The position numbers were made by a program, and so were the translations under genes. This document shows positions 1 through 11,983 of a stretch of 64,000 nucleotides of DNA, one piece after another. Source of the stretch: Octopus sinensis. Its lineage: Eukaryota. The notes beneath the pieces were generated by a model. It was not told the origin of the DNA, did no database searches, and was given only the letters and a program-made list of their open reading frames with translations. The stretch spans positions 44,888,001-44,952,000 of the forward strand of contig NC_042999.1 in assembly GCF_006345805.1 (NCBI RefSeq), written 5' to 3'. Within the stretch, counting starts at the first letter, position 1, and the number at the start of each line of letters is the position of its first letter.

Positions 1-514
1 TGTAAGGTTTGAATTCAGAACAAAGAGTTTACATAATAAATTACTTTCTGCTAATTAACTAGAGATGCACTAAGTTGGGTTGATTGAAATATATGTTTGT
101 ACAATTATACTTAACATTGTGTGTGCTCAAATGTATAAAGACTTTTGCTGCAGAAATTGTCAGAGAGAGAAATTCTCCTTATATACAATGTGTGTGAAAA
201 ACACTGCTGAGCTACAGACGGCATCATCAGACTATAGAACATGTGTTACTGCATAATTATGCCTCATCAGCTACAGGACACTGAATCTGCTACTTACATC
301 CCTCTAAGAACTACTGCTCTTATATGTAAATAGGAAATAATAAATTTTCTGATGTGCACAAAGTTTTATTAAGCTGGAATTAATTAACAAGAGGTGCACA
401 ACATTTCTATGTAACTAGTTTGTGTACAGTCAAATGTAGACAAACCTTCGCAGTGGAAATTGCCTCGGGAAACAAAAAGTCCTTAGTCTTCATTACGAAA
501 GCAACATGTACATG

Positions 515-1060
515 TAGATTGTTACTGTTACCTAGGTGACCTAATTTGCAGTGGAGGTGGATGCAATCAAAGGATAGTTGCTAGAATAAGAACTGGTTGG
601 AGAACGTTCTGAGAACTATTACCTCAGTTAATAACAGAAGGTTTCTCTATCAAAGTGAAAGGCAGATTGTACAATGTCTGTCTATGAACTGCAATGCTAC
701 ATGGCTGTGAAGGTTGGGTTGTGAAAGCAGATGACATGCAAAGACTTGAAAGAAATGGAAGTAGCTTACTCCAACAGATGTGCAATGCCATTGTGCATTG
801 TGCATGCATGACTGTATGGCTAAGTATATGTTGGGCATAAGAAGCATTGGATGTGATGTACTGGAGAGAAGACTGCTGGCATGGTCATGTGATGTGGATG
901 GATGAGGACAGCTGTATGAAGAGTGCTGGTTGCTAAACATGAAAGGAACCTGTGAAATAGGGAAACTCAGGAAGATGTAGGATGAAGTGGTGAAGACTGG
1001 CTTCAAGTTGTTGAATCTCTTGATGGAGGTGAGGGTATATTGAGATGAATGGCAATATGT
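515..1060 (+). mobile_element. RTE-clade LINE, 3' ORF fragment (decayed)
   Basis: Translates as VDCYCYLGDLICSGGGC..IVARIRTGWRTF*ELLP..GFSIKVKGRLYNVCL*TAMLHGCEGW, the post-RT region of RTE elements. Contains stops. Homologous to 40070-40560 and 49775-50180. Confidence 0.85.
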
Positions 1061-1504
1061 TGTGCTTTAGAAGACTCATCTATCTCAGCAAGCCTCCCTT
1101 CACAGTTCTTCTTCTAACACCCAATCACCTATTAGTTCCCTGTGATGCTCTATTTCTGTCCTTCACTTCTTTTGCCCTGAACTGATATACTCTGTGTTCA
1201 TCTCATTCCCTACTGCTAATCACCTGTCATACTATTTTCACTCTTGAGCACTTACCTATCCCCATTATTTCTATTCCTCTATGTGTGAAGTAGTGTACAA
1301 GATGATACTATCACAAAATTTACGAAATATTTTTTAAAAAATTAACTATTTAAAATTTTATCTGGCATACAAAATGTCACCAACTGTTGGGGAATAAGTT
1401 TTCATATAATGTGCATTTTATGTGTAAGTGCTTTCATTGTTCAACTTTTCAACTCACATGTTCCGAGCTAAAACATATAGGGGAAGTTGTTTTTAGTAAT
1501 GATG

Positions 1505-1959
1505 TTAATTGTTTCTGGTTTAGTTTTGGATTTAGAATTCTTATAAAGTATTATTCTTTTGCCTTTTGTAGTTGATTATTTCTTTTATTTTGTGAAAAGG
1601 AAATATTCTGAATTTTCCATTTGCACAAATATCTAAAAGTTTACTGCTTGGAACACTTCTGAGAAATGAAATTTTAATTTGCTGCTTGTCCATGTTCACA
1701 CAGCTAGTTAGTTTTGTTCCTGTTCCTCCAATGTAATTTTCATTTCATTGTGGGCATGTGATGCTGTAAGATAAGATTTTTTGTTTTGAAATTCATGTTT
1801 GCATTCACTTTCAGTTCTTTCCCATCCTTGAACCTTTTGATCACTCCTTATTCAATTATTTCACATGTCCCACAACGAGGATCTGTAAAGAATTTTTTGA
1901 TAGTTAATAACTTTAAAAAAATCTTTATTTTAGCATCATTTTCTGCCTTGACTTTTTCC

Positions 1960-1960
<1 letters not shown>
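1505..1960 (-). mobile_element. Penelope-like element GIY-YIG endonuclease fossil (Neptune-like Cys-rich linker)
   Basis: Minus strand, across frameshifts and stops: DPRCGTCEII..FKDGKELKVNANMNFKTKNLI/YSITCPQ*NENYIGGTGT/KL..KQQI..LLDICANGKFRIFPFHK..KE*YFIRILNPKLN. This matches the NLIY..C..C..YIG..E..FI..L.P.LN pattern of PLE endonucleases. Confidence 0.8.
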
Positions 1961-2520
<560 letters not shown>

Positions 2521-3381
2521 ATTAGTATAACCCCACCACCTACCACACTCAGATTAATCTATAATGCATTTGCAGACCTTGTTAACACAGCAAAGATAAG
2601 ACTAAAATGGGCTATAAAGATGTTACAATGTTTATGTCAGCGAAGGCTAACGACAAGCTGTAATTTATTATAAGAAAACCCAATAAACTGTTTTCTTCTT
2701 GAAGATATTAAGATATATATAGTTTTTAGCCAGCAGGTGCTGAATACATCTCAACATGTTTTAATGTAAGGTAAATCATTTTAAAGCATTTAGAATTAAT
2801 AAAATGGAGTTAAATAGCTAGTCCTTTCTAATGGTATTAAAATGAAGATATGATGTATTTCCAGTTAGGAGACAATAAATATAACACCTCTTTGAAGAAG
2901 GAAAGTTGGTTAAAAGAATATTAATCATTAATATCATTGTGCTGTTTAAGAGGAGGTAACAGCTGTTTGTCTTCTTCTTTGTTCATGCTGGAGAGTTGAT
3001 AGGACGTTTGCAAAATGCTGATTGGTTCGGTTCATTTCTTTATTCAAGTAAGTTTAGGGTGGCAAAATAATTATTAAACGAGTAAGGATATTGATAGTTG
3101 ATTTTAATTATCTGTAGACCTTGCTAACTACACACACACACACACATAATGTAAAAAAAAGAAAATGATCAAAGAGCTTTATCATGGAAAACAGAATGAC
3201 AGCATTTACATTTTAATTAACCTGCTACCAGTTTCAATCGCTATAAGATGACCTAGTTATGCTGAAATAAAAGATACATCATACTTCTATATGAGAGGAC
3301 CACTTACGATGAACACCCTAGTATTTGGAATTTTAACAACACATCTATTGATTGGTTATTAATACTGCTTCTATCACTCTA

Positions 3382-3775
3382 CTCTCTTTTACTCTTTTAC
3401 TTGTTTCAGTGGTCATGTTGGAGCACTGCCTTTAGTCAAGTAAATCGACCCCAGGACTTATTCTTTATAAGCCTGGTACTTATTCTATCGGTCTCTTTTG
3501 CTGAACTGCTAAGTTACGGGGACATAAACACACCATCATCGGTTGTCAAGTGATGTTGGAGAGACAAACACTGAGACACAAACACACACACACACACACA
3601 CATATATATACATATATACGACAGGTTTCTTTCAGTTTCCATCTACCAAATCCACTCACAAGGCTTTGGTCAGCCCAAGGCTATAGTAGAAAACACTTGC
3701 CCAAGATGCCACACAGTGGGACTGAACCCGGAACCATGTGGTTGGTAAGCAAGCTACTTACCACACAGCCACTCA
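3382..3775 (-). mobile_element. tRNA-derived SINE family A (internal CA/TA microsatellite)
   Basis: Minus strand begins agtggctgtgtggtaag (A-box-like) ... gggttcagtccc (B-box-like), then ttgggcaagtgt, and ends gactgaaacaagtaaaagag. More than 15 copies in the window. Confidence 0.9.
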
Positions 3776-4420
3776 CTGGTATTTATTTTTTAAGAAGACT
3801 TCTGGTTATCTGTGATATCAGTGACTGAAAAGACACTGATATTCTATATATTGTGGTAGCAAGAATTTGCTGGTATGCAGTGACTGAACACTTGCCTCTG
3901 ACAAATCACAATAGGCTGAAATCATGTGATCTGGCAGTTCCAGTGCCAATGCCAGATGATTCTTTGTCTGTTACAATGTGTAACTGTGCTTTTATGCATC
4001 ATGCATCTATATGAAATAACCTCTCAAGTCAAATACCACAGTATACAATGTTCTAATGATACATCTACATTAAGCTGGAAGTGAAGATTATCTTTTTGTA
4101 TTGATACTACTTCTGTCACTAATATTTATTTCTTGAATTGAAGTAAATTAAAGTAAATTCATCCTTCATAATACTGGTTCTGGAGGTTCACATGTTTTTC
4201 TTAGAGATCACATGGTGCCATATTTCATTTCCTTCTGATTGTTGCTACTTGGCAGTGGCTGCTGGCTAATGTATATATCATTATTATATATCATATATCA
4301 TTATGTGTATCATGATTATTATCTATCATTATCATTCCTCACAGTAATATCAACTAATTCACCTGGCATTAATAATATATATTATTTTTATATATTTATA
4401 TATGATACATCATTATACAC

Positions 4421-4421
4421 A

Positions 4422-4472
<51 letters not shown>
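4421..4472. repeat. (ATT)n microsatellite at the 3' end of the R4/Dong element
   Basis: Pure ATT run. Confidence 0.95.
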
Positions 4473-4476
<4 letters not shown>

Positions 4477-5465
4477 TAGTCTTATTTTTATCACGTGCTT
4501 TCACTGCACTACTGAGTGCAGTTCTGTGTGCCTTGTGGTTTGTTGTGATGCTCTTATGGTTACTGTATCAATACATAAGTGTTTTATGAAGGATGTGTGC
4601 AGTGCCTGATAGTGCTATTTTCTGTACGTTATATATACCTGTTAGTCCTGGTGTTTTTGTCATGCATTTGTCTGAATGTTTTTTTTTATCATACCTAATG
4701 CACCTACTATAATAGGAATTGTTTCTGTTTTTAGATTCCACATTCGAGTTACCTCTGTTTCCAAGTCTTTGTATTTTGAAAGTTTCTCCATTTCTTTTAG
4801 AGTAACATTGTCATCTGTTGGTATTGATACATCAATTAGAAAGCATTTTTCTTCATGATCTCTAACAACTATATCTGGCCTATTGGCCTTAATTTATCTA
4901 TCAGTATGTATTGGCATATCCCATAGTATGGTTGCTTTCTAATTTTCTGTGACCTTCTGTGGCATGTGCCTATTCAACCTTTTTTCTGTTGTTATTCCAT
5001 AATGTTGGCATAGCTTCCAGTGTATATAGATCCTAACTCTGTCATGTCTGTGAATATATTCCTTCTTAGTCAGGACTGGGCAGCCAGAGACAATATGGTT
5101 TATTGTTTCTTGTCCATCTCTACATATTCTGCAGTTACTTATTATGTTTCTTTTCATTATATGTTTATGGTAATTTCTGGTAGAGAGGTTTTGGTCTTGT
5201 GCTGCAGTTAAAAATCCTTCAGTCTCTACTTTGAGTTCTGAGCTTCTCTGCTGTTGCAGGGATTTTGCTTTGTCTATTTCTTTTGTGTTTAGTTTAATCC
5301 AGTAATTGCCATGAAGGGGCTTTTCTTGTCATCATTTTATCATGATCCATTGCTGTTCCTGCTTTAGTTTGGATTTCTGTTGTCATACAGCTTTTGTTGT
5401 TTCTTCATTTTCTTCATAGTTGTTAGGTACTATGACTTCTTTTTTGTATTTGTCAGTTTCCTTAA
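4473..5465 (-). mobile_element. R4/Dong-clade non-LTR retrotransposon, 3' fragment (CCHC knuckle + restriction-like endonuclease)
   Basis: ETEGFLTAAQDQ, CRICRDGQETINHIVSGCPVL..EYIHRHD, WDMPIHTDR..ANRPDIVV..CFLIDVSIP..EKLSKYKDL..IPIIVGALG. 5'-truncated and disrupted. Confidence 0.88.
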
Positions 5466-5469
5466 AGAC

Positions 5470-5598
5470 TAGAGAGAGCAGTGCATGCCATCAAAGTGAC
5501 ACTGGGGTAAAATATACGAAGCCCAGTATACCCATTATGACTACCTGTCTGATGAGGGTACTCCAGGCACATGCATCACAACCATATCTGCACAACAT
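5470..5598. repeat. Partial inverted copy of the (AAT)n-flanked repeat at 49059-49607
   Basis: agagagcagtgcatgccatcaaagtgacactggggtaaaatatacgaagccc is the reverse complement of about 49550-49600. Confidence 0.85.
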
Positions 5599-5774
5599 TA
5601 TTATTATTACCATTATTATTATTAGCATTAGAAAAGAAGGGAATTAGAAAATATGGTGGAGTGACACAAACAGGTTGCTGGAATTAAACAGTTAAGTTAT
5701 TATTATTTTTAATGCAGTGAGCTTTGAGAAAAGAATTGGAAATAATTATATGATGAAGAGGTAATATTCATTTC

Positions 5775-5975
5775 AAATTTTGGCACAAGGCCAGCGATTT
5801 AGGAGGAGAGGGTAAGTTGATTACATCACCCCCAGTACTCAACTAATACTTATATTATCAACCCTGAAAGGATGAAAGGCAAAACCGATCTTGGCAGAAT
5901 TTGAACTCAGAATGTAAAGATTAATGAAATGCAGTTCACTTGGCATGGTAATGATTCTGCCAGCTCACCACCTTA
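5775..5975 (-). mobile_element. tRNA-derived SINE family B (Meta-domain-like)
   Basis: Reverse complement of gagctggcagaatc..gagttcaaattc..gcctttcatcctttc.gggt.gataa.ataagta. Confidence 0.8.
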
Positions 5976-6023
5976 AAGAAAAGCAATAATATCAATCAAT
6001 GATTAATATTTTAATGAAGTCAA

Positions 6024-6238
6024 AGGAGGCAAGCTGGCAGAATCGTTAGCACACTGGGCAAACTGCTTAACAGCATTTTGTTTGTCTTCATGTTATAAGT
6101 TCAAATTCCACTGAGGGTCAACTTTGCCTTCCATCTTTTCGGGATCAATAAAATAAGTACCAATTGAGCACTGGGGTTAAAGCAATTGACTTACCTCCTT
6201 CCCAGAATTGCTGGCCTTGTGCCAAAATTTGAAATCAA
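6024..6238 (+). mobile_element. SINE family B with TSD
   Basis: A/B-box head plus gccttccatcttttcgggatcaataaaataagtacc. Flanked by ttaatgaagtcaa on both sides. Confidence 0.85.
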
Positions 6239-8199
6239 TATCTTAATGAAGTCAATATTTATGAAAGGAAACTCTGTTGTATTTGACCACCAGAGTGAAG
6301 CATAAATTTCACTGATTTTGTCAAAGTTGTAACAAGAGAATCATTAAGTAAATGTATAACACATTTCTGTCTCAATAGGCATCACTAGCACAGCGGTTGT
6401 CCTACACTGACTCCAATATGTGTAAGACTTAGACATAAGCAAAGAGTAGAAAATATTTATGACCTCATGTAATTTAAATAATTTAAACAAAAATGAGCCA
6501 AGAGAAATAACTCAGTGTAGCCAGGGGTATGAATATGGACAATAAAGATGAATAAAGGTATATTAAATACCATACAAGAAAAATTTTTGATTTATTGAAA
6601 TTATTTCCCTTTGACAGAAAAGTAAACTAGTAACCTCATAGCAATTGCAACCAGTTCTAAATGAGAAGGGGAGGTGATCTCAACAATCAAGGATTCTCCA
6701 GAACTGGTATGCCATTAAGGAAAAGATAATCTGATTGCCTGGAGATAAGAAAAAGCTGTGAGCATGTCTTTCTGCAGAAATAGGTTGATTTTTCTCTTTC
6801 TCTTTCTGTTTGCTTGTCTTTCAGAAATCAGCTGTGATTAGACCTGGAAGGTGAGGTGTTTGGTCAGGTCAACAAATATCCAAGCTAAACTGTATACCAC
6901 TACAGGGCCTCTACACTTCCATTAAGGAGTTGCATGCTGAGGGCAAAATAAGACATTGCTTAAAGTGCTAAAAAGTGTTATGGGATACGATTACTTTTCA
7001 AAGGATTATGTAAAAAAAATAAAGAAACTGTTAAAATTTCTTTAAAATAGAGATGGACATACACATTGCATTTTTTCTCAAAGGAAATCACAATTTCTGG
7101 TGTGATGCATGAAAAAAATATGCAAGCTTTCTAAACATCCTGACATTTTCTGACTCACCTCAAAGACTTGTGGCACACAGGTGTGCTGTGGAACAATGAT
7201 TGATATCACCTGCTCTTATGGCTTATTAGAGGTAGTAGATACTCTCTATTGATTAATTGCTATAATTCATTCTGGAAGGGAAGCTAACTGCTGTTGATGC
7301 TTAACCCCAGAACAACTGTAATGAAGAATGTTCTCCAACATGATTTATCTTCCATCTCCCACACTGTGTATGCTATATTATAGACACAATGCGATTATAA
7401 ACAGCAAATAGTTGAGCCAATCAAGAAGCCTCTATGTGGTCATTTGGTCTGTTAGAAATAGCAGCTAAATCTCCTTCAAATAAGATAAAATTAATCTTTA
7501 AAAAAATGATGCATTAGATAATGTAGCCATAGGTTTCCTGGATATGAGTAAAAGACGAGATGGTTGCAACCAAAATGACTTTGATCAAAGGCCTGCTTCA
7601 TTAAGTTTGACCTGGGATTAAACAACAACATGTACTATTTATTAACTTAGTCAGTTGAACTAGAACTTAAGTCTTTCATAAGGTTAAAAGTTTATTCTTT
7701 TCAACTATTTCATGACCATATTTCTTTTGAAATTCACTACTAATGGTGTCTTCATTAATTTTGAAAATAATCAAGAATCTGATGGGATTTAGCCAATTAA
7801 TTAAGTTTTAGATTTACTTCAATATCAAATTGGTGCTTAGAATGTAACTTACAAGAAGGTTCTTATATAAAATTATGAGAGAAAGATTTAAATTAGACAT
7901 GACTACTTTAAAACAGTCAGTTTTGTATCAAAGAACCAGGGTAAGTCTCATATGGATCGGTGTCAAAAGGGACAAAGATTAAATGTATTTCAGAATGAAA
8001 GGGTGTTGGTAGAGGGGAATTTCAGTTTGTGCTTCTATTCTTTTTGTGAAATTAATCTTAATCAAGTAGAAATAGAGAAACTAACTGGAAAATTCTTCAA
8101 TGAAGAAATTATGAATTCAACAATTTGTTGAGTACAAATTCAGCTAATAATGGCTCTGTCTAGTTTTGAACTTAGTAATTTAAGTCATCCATGACAAGC

Positions 8200-8500
8200 T
8201 GCAGTTCTTGTTGTGATGTGGTGGCATGAGTGCCTGAGAGCTGTGCCTGTTGAGTGCAAACTCCTTGTAGAGCCTTCAATGCTGGACAGGTTAAAGGATA
8301 GATGCCGAACTAATATGGACCACCTGTTTCTAGAAGTAAAACTGGGTTTGCATAGGGCCAACACCCTTGCCTTGAAACCAACAAGGCCTGGGAGAGGAAG
8401 CAGAAAAGACAGCCCAGGGTTGAGAACATTGGAGAAAAGTAGTCAATGGCTGTGCTCCCAAGGGGACGAGTGCTTAAATGCTTAAATAAGTAAGTAAGAA
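8200..8500 (+). mobile_element. Non-autonomous RTE-derived element (5'-like + 3' end, (TAAG)n tail)
   Basis: Ends tggagaaaagtagtcaatggctgtgctccc...taagtaagtaag (WRKVVNG-type RTE terminus). Confidence 0.5.
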
Positions 8501-10816
8501 AGTATGTAGACAAGTAATTTAAGTTATAAAACTTAAATATATAGCTGACATTGTATCAAAATTTAAGGTGTTTACTAAACTCTCTGATATTGATAAGGGA
8601 ATGGCTAGGGACTACATGCTAAATGATACAAGGTATCATAGATAAATTAGCACAAATGAAATTAGGGGAATAAGAGATTGACAGTTGGACAATATGAGAG
8701 GTTACAATAGGTAGAAAAAAACATTCAAAAGGTGGTGGATATGATGTAAACATGAAAACAAAATTAACATAATTTTACACCATGGAAAAAGAAGGGAAAA
8801 GTAGACTACAGTTTCTGGTGAATCCTTTACCAAAGTAAAGTAAGAAAGAAACATGCAAGAAAAAAAGAAACAAGGAAAGAAATGAAACCTATTTGAAGCA
8901 CATTTATTTATGTGAAGCATTAGTAGAGTCATCAGAGTATCACATGGAATAGTATATGACAATTGTTGTGACTTTCTGCACATTGAGTTCAAATTCAGTT
9001 AAGGTCAACTTTGCCTTTCATTTTTTTTTTCAGGATCAATAAAGTGCCACTTCAGCACTGAGGGTGATTCTTTTCCTGTCTCCCTTTCTTACTTTCACTT
9101 TCTTTTTTCTAGAATAAATTTACTATACTCATTTCTTGGAGAGGGATGGCTTAAACCTCTGGGACATTCTGCATGTCATAATAGTGTTCCTTTGACTTCA
9201 ATAAGGAGTTCAAGTTTGCTGCTATAATTATTTATTTGCCTAGTAGGATTGCATGATTTTATAGACGCTAATGACAGAGTCTACATATGGTTACCCATTA
9301 TCCTAGATGTCCAACAATAATATCTTAAGCAAGACAGTGCACAATAGAAAATGTAGTCCTTGGGACATTATGCCCAAGAAAAAAGTCTATGATGGTGATA
9401 ACTGAAACTCCTGTGGTCTTAGGTCTCCACAATTAGAGCTGTCATGGGATTAAACAATAATAACATCTACAGGTTGATTGACACATAGAGAAATAGAACT
9501 GGAATCAACTACAACAACAAAATAATAAAGAATATAAAATCTTAAATGGTGAGTCCAAATATCAGAATATTAGGTCTCAAAGACAAATCACAAAGGATGA
9601 AGATGACTAGTGATTCTCCATACTGTGAACCAGTTCAAACCTTGTTATATATCTAGCTCCAACTAAAATGACATTCTGTATTCAGAAAGAAAGTATCTTT
9701 ATTAGCTAATAGCTCAGATATTTTAGGTGCAATACCGAAATACTACTAATTACTGTTATAAGATGGTTAAAGTTTATATTCCCATACTGTAAGTTTACAT
9801 TTAATGAGTTTGTGATACAGACAATACAGTCTAGTATCTAGATCTAATGTTACACCCAGAAAGTGTGCTACTTTACAGTAATGCACTAAAGAAACAGAAA
9901 GTCCTGTGTTTTTAAAGAATTTTCTCAGTTTTTTTCCTATTTCTCTCTAGTATTATGTTACTGCATTTATAGAAAGTGAACAAAGCATCATCCTTATAAA
10001 AACTGCCCTCCATTTCCGGTAACTCCTATTTGATGTAATGTAAAATGTAAATACTTATGAGACCAGTAAACTGTACTGCAATACTTAGAGGTATCTATTT
10101 GTGTAAATTTAATATGTACTTTCTTGATGTATCCTTAGACCAATCAATTACTTCAAAAGTGTTTGACTGCAAGCTGAGTTCTATTTTCCTGTTAAGTATA
10201 AAAAAAAATACAGTTGATTCTTTTTATTTACTTATCTTTTTTATGTCAGACTTTGACAGACAAATGAGTCTAATTTTATTTTAGTTTCTTTCAAATCTCT
10301 TCTCTGTATCAACTTTTCTTTATCCTGTTTTTAGCATTCAGATTACTCTGTCTAGGGCAATGCTTATATAATCAGATCATTTTGAATCAATCATGCATTA
10401 ACTTCAAGATATCAAGAATGTGGTTCTTTATTTTTAGAATGACATTGTAGGATAGGTGTGAGAGGCCAGATCAGGTTGATTTGAACATAAAACAGGTAGA
10501 ATATTTGAACCGGATATGGCTGGCTTAAATGCTAAAGAATTGTACTACTCCTCCATTACAGGCATTTTCGTGGTTGTTGTAGTAAGCTGCTATTTCTCTG
10601 TATTTAGCAGATTCTTTTCTAAATAGACTTGATAACCTCCTTACCTGTCAGGAGCCTATGTGCTGGTGGTGTTTGTACTAAATCAAAGAAAGTAATCTGA
10701 TATATTCCTTACCTGCATAGTCCATCTCCTGAAATATCTGGAATGAGATTGGTACCCACTGGTTAATTTACAACTCTGATACTCTGCAAACTAACATCCC
10801 TCATCATCATAAACAC

Positions 10817-11006
10817 AACACACACACACACATATATATATATGATGGGCTTCTTTCAGTTTCCATCTACCAAATCCACTCACAAGGCTTTGGTCGGCCT
10901 GAGGCTATAATAGAAGACATTTGCCTATAGTGCCACACAATGGGAATAAACCTGGAACTATGTGGTTGGTAAGCAAGCTACTTACCACACAGCCACTGCT
11001 GTGCCT
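10817..11006 (-). mobile_element. SINE family A, 5' half
   Basis: Same head as 3382-3775. Confidence 0.85.
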
Positions 11007-11027
11007 AAAAGCAGACCAGCCACCGGA

Positions 11028-11100
11028 TGCCAAAACCCAGGATTGAACAAGTGGCCTTTAGATCTTCAGTCTAATGCTCTCCCATCTGAGCTATTCCAGC
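11028..11100 (-). pseudogene. tRNA-Phe(GAA) pseudogene
   Basis: 73 nt: GCTGGAATAGCTCAGATGGGAGAGCATTAGACTGAAGATCTAAAGGCCACTTGTTCAATCCTGGGTTTTGGCA. Collinear with metazoan tRNA-Phe. D and anticodon arms are intact, the T-stem is broken and the acceptor stem has three G-U pairs. Confidence 0.85.
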
Positions 11101-11107
11101 TCACTTG

Positions 11108-11300
11108 TTAAAAGTTATGACTGGTCATAGAGTGAGCATTGGTTTTGCACCCATAAAGCACTTAGCAGTTAAGGTGACTTGTCAGGCTCAAATGGCTGAA
11201 GGTGACACCATCAGCCATTTGAGTTTGATGAGTCACCTATCCTGCTAAGCGCTTTATAGGTGTGAAACCAATGGTCACTATCACTGGCCATAACTTTTAA
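11108..11300. mobile_element. Fold-back (palindromic) MITE with TTAA ends, Kolobok-like
   Basis: ttaa-aagttatg...cataactt-ttaa. About 90 bp imperfect inverted arms with an 11 nt loop. Confidence 0.7.
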
Positions 11301-11369
11301 TTTCCTAAAAAATACATAACTGTGTAATGCTTTACAGTATGCTTCCTTTTTGGATATATGAATTATTAG

Positions 11370-11510
11370 TGAGTGGTTGGCATTAGGAAGGGCATCCAGC
11401 TATAGTAACTTTGCCAGATTGGATTGGAGCCTGGTGCAGCCTTCTTTCTTGCCAACCCTCAGTCAAACCGTCCAGCCCATGCCAGCATGGAAAACAGACA
11501 TTAAACGATG
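11370..11510 (+). mobile_element. Repeat family C (RTE-associated 3' tail, ends in gttaaa(c)gatgat)
   Basis: gagtggttggcattaggaagggcatccagc...cccatgccagcatggaaa; many copies in the window. Confidence 0.8.
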
Positions 11511-11523
11511 GGGACAATATATA

Positions 11524-11983
11524 CAAGTCGTTTTTGACTTATGACCACAATTGGTTCTGACTGACTGGTCATAAGTCGATTTGGTTGTAAGTTGGCCTAT
11601 AGACCTACATTGCTTTGTTTTATATTCTTACATTCTTAAGGTAAATTCCCAGGTAAAAGTCACACACAAAATTCTGTCTTATACTACAGGAATGTTATTT
11701 GTTCACAGAAAAGTACCAAAGAATGAAAATACAAGAAATATATAATGTAGTGTAAGAAACAGTTGTAAAACTTATATAAAAAATTATTGTAGATTGGCGC
11801 TTGGCTGTGGATCTTCGATGTTGATTGTTAGCTGACATCATCTGTAGATGGGTTAATTTCTAAGAAATTAAACCCACTAGATTTCAACTAGGCTATTTAT
11901 TATTGCTGCTGGGAGCTGGTGTGCCAATCGCTGTAAAGTCGATCAGTCATAAGCCAAATAGGTCATAAGTTTATGACAACCTG
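11524..11983. mobile_element. pogo/Tigger-like MITE
   Basis: TA|caagtcgtttttgacttatgacc ... ggtcataagtttatgacaacctg|TA, with subterminal gtcataagt repeats. Confidence 0.65.

Noticed and set aside
3550-3828. Recurrent ORFs containing PNPLTRLW..HLPK..GTEPGTMWLVSKLLTTQPL
   Set aside because: This is the antisense reading of SINE A; it recurs because the SINE recurs.
5545-5570. CTGATGA box in a repeat
   Set aside because: No downstream stem II/GAAA, and the other copy reads CTGATAA.
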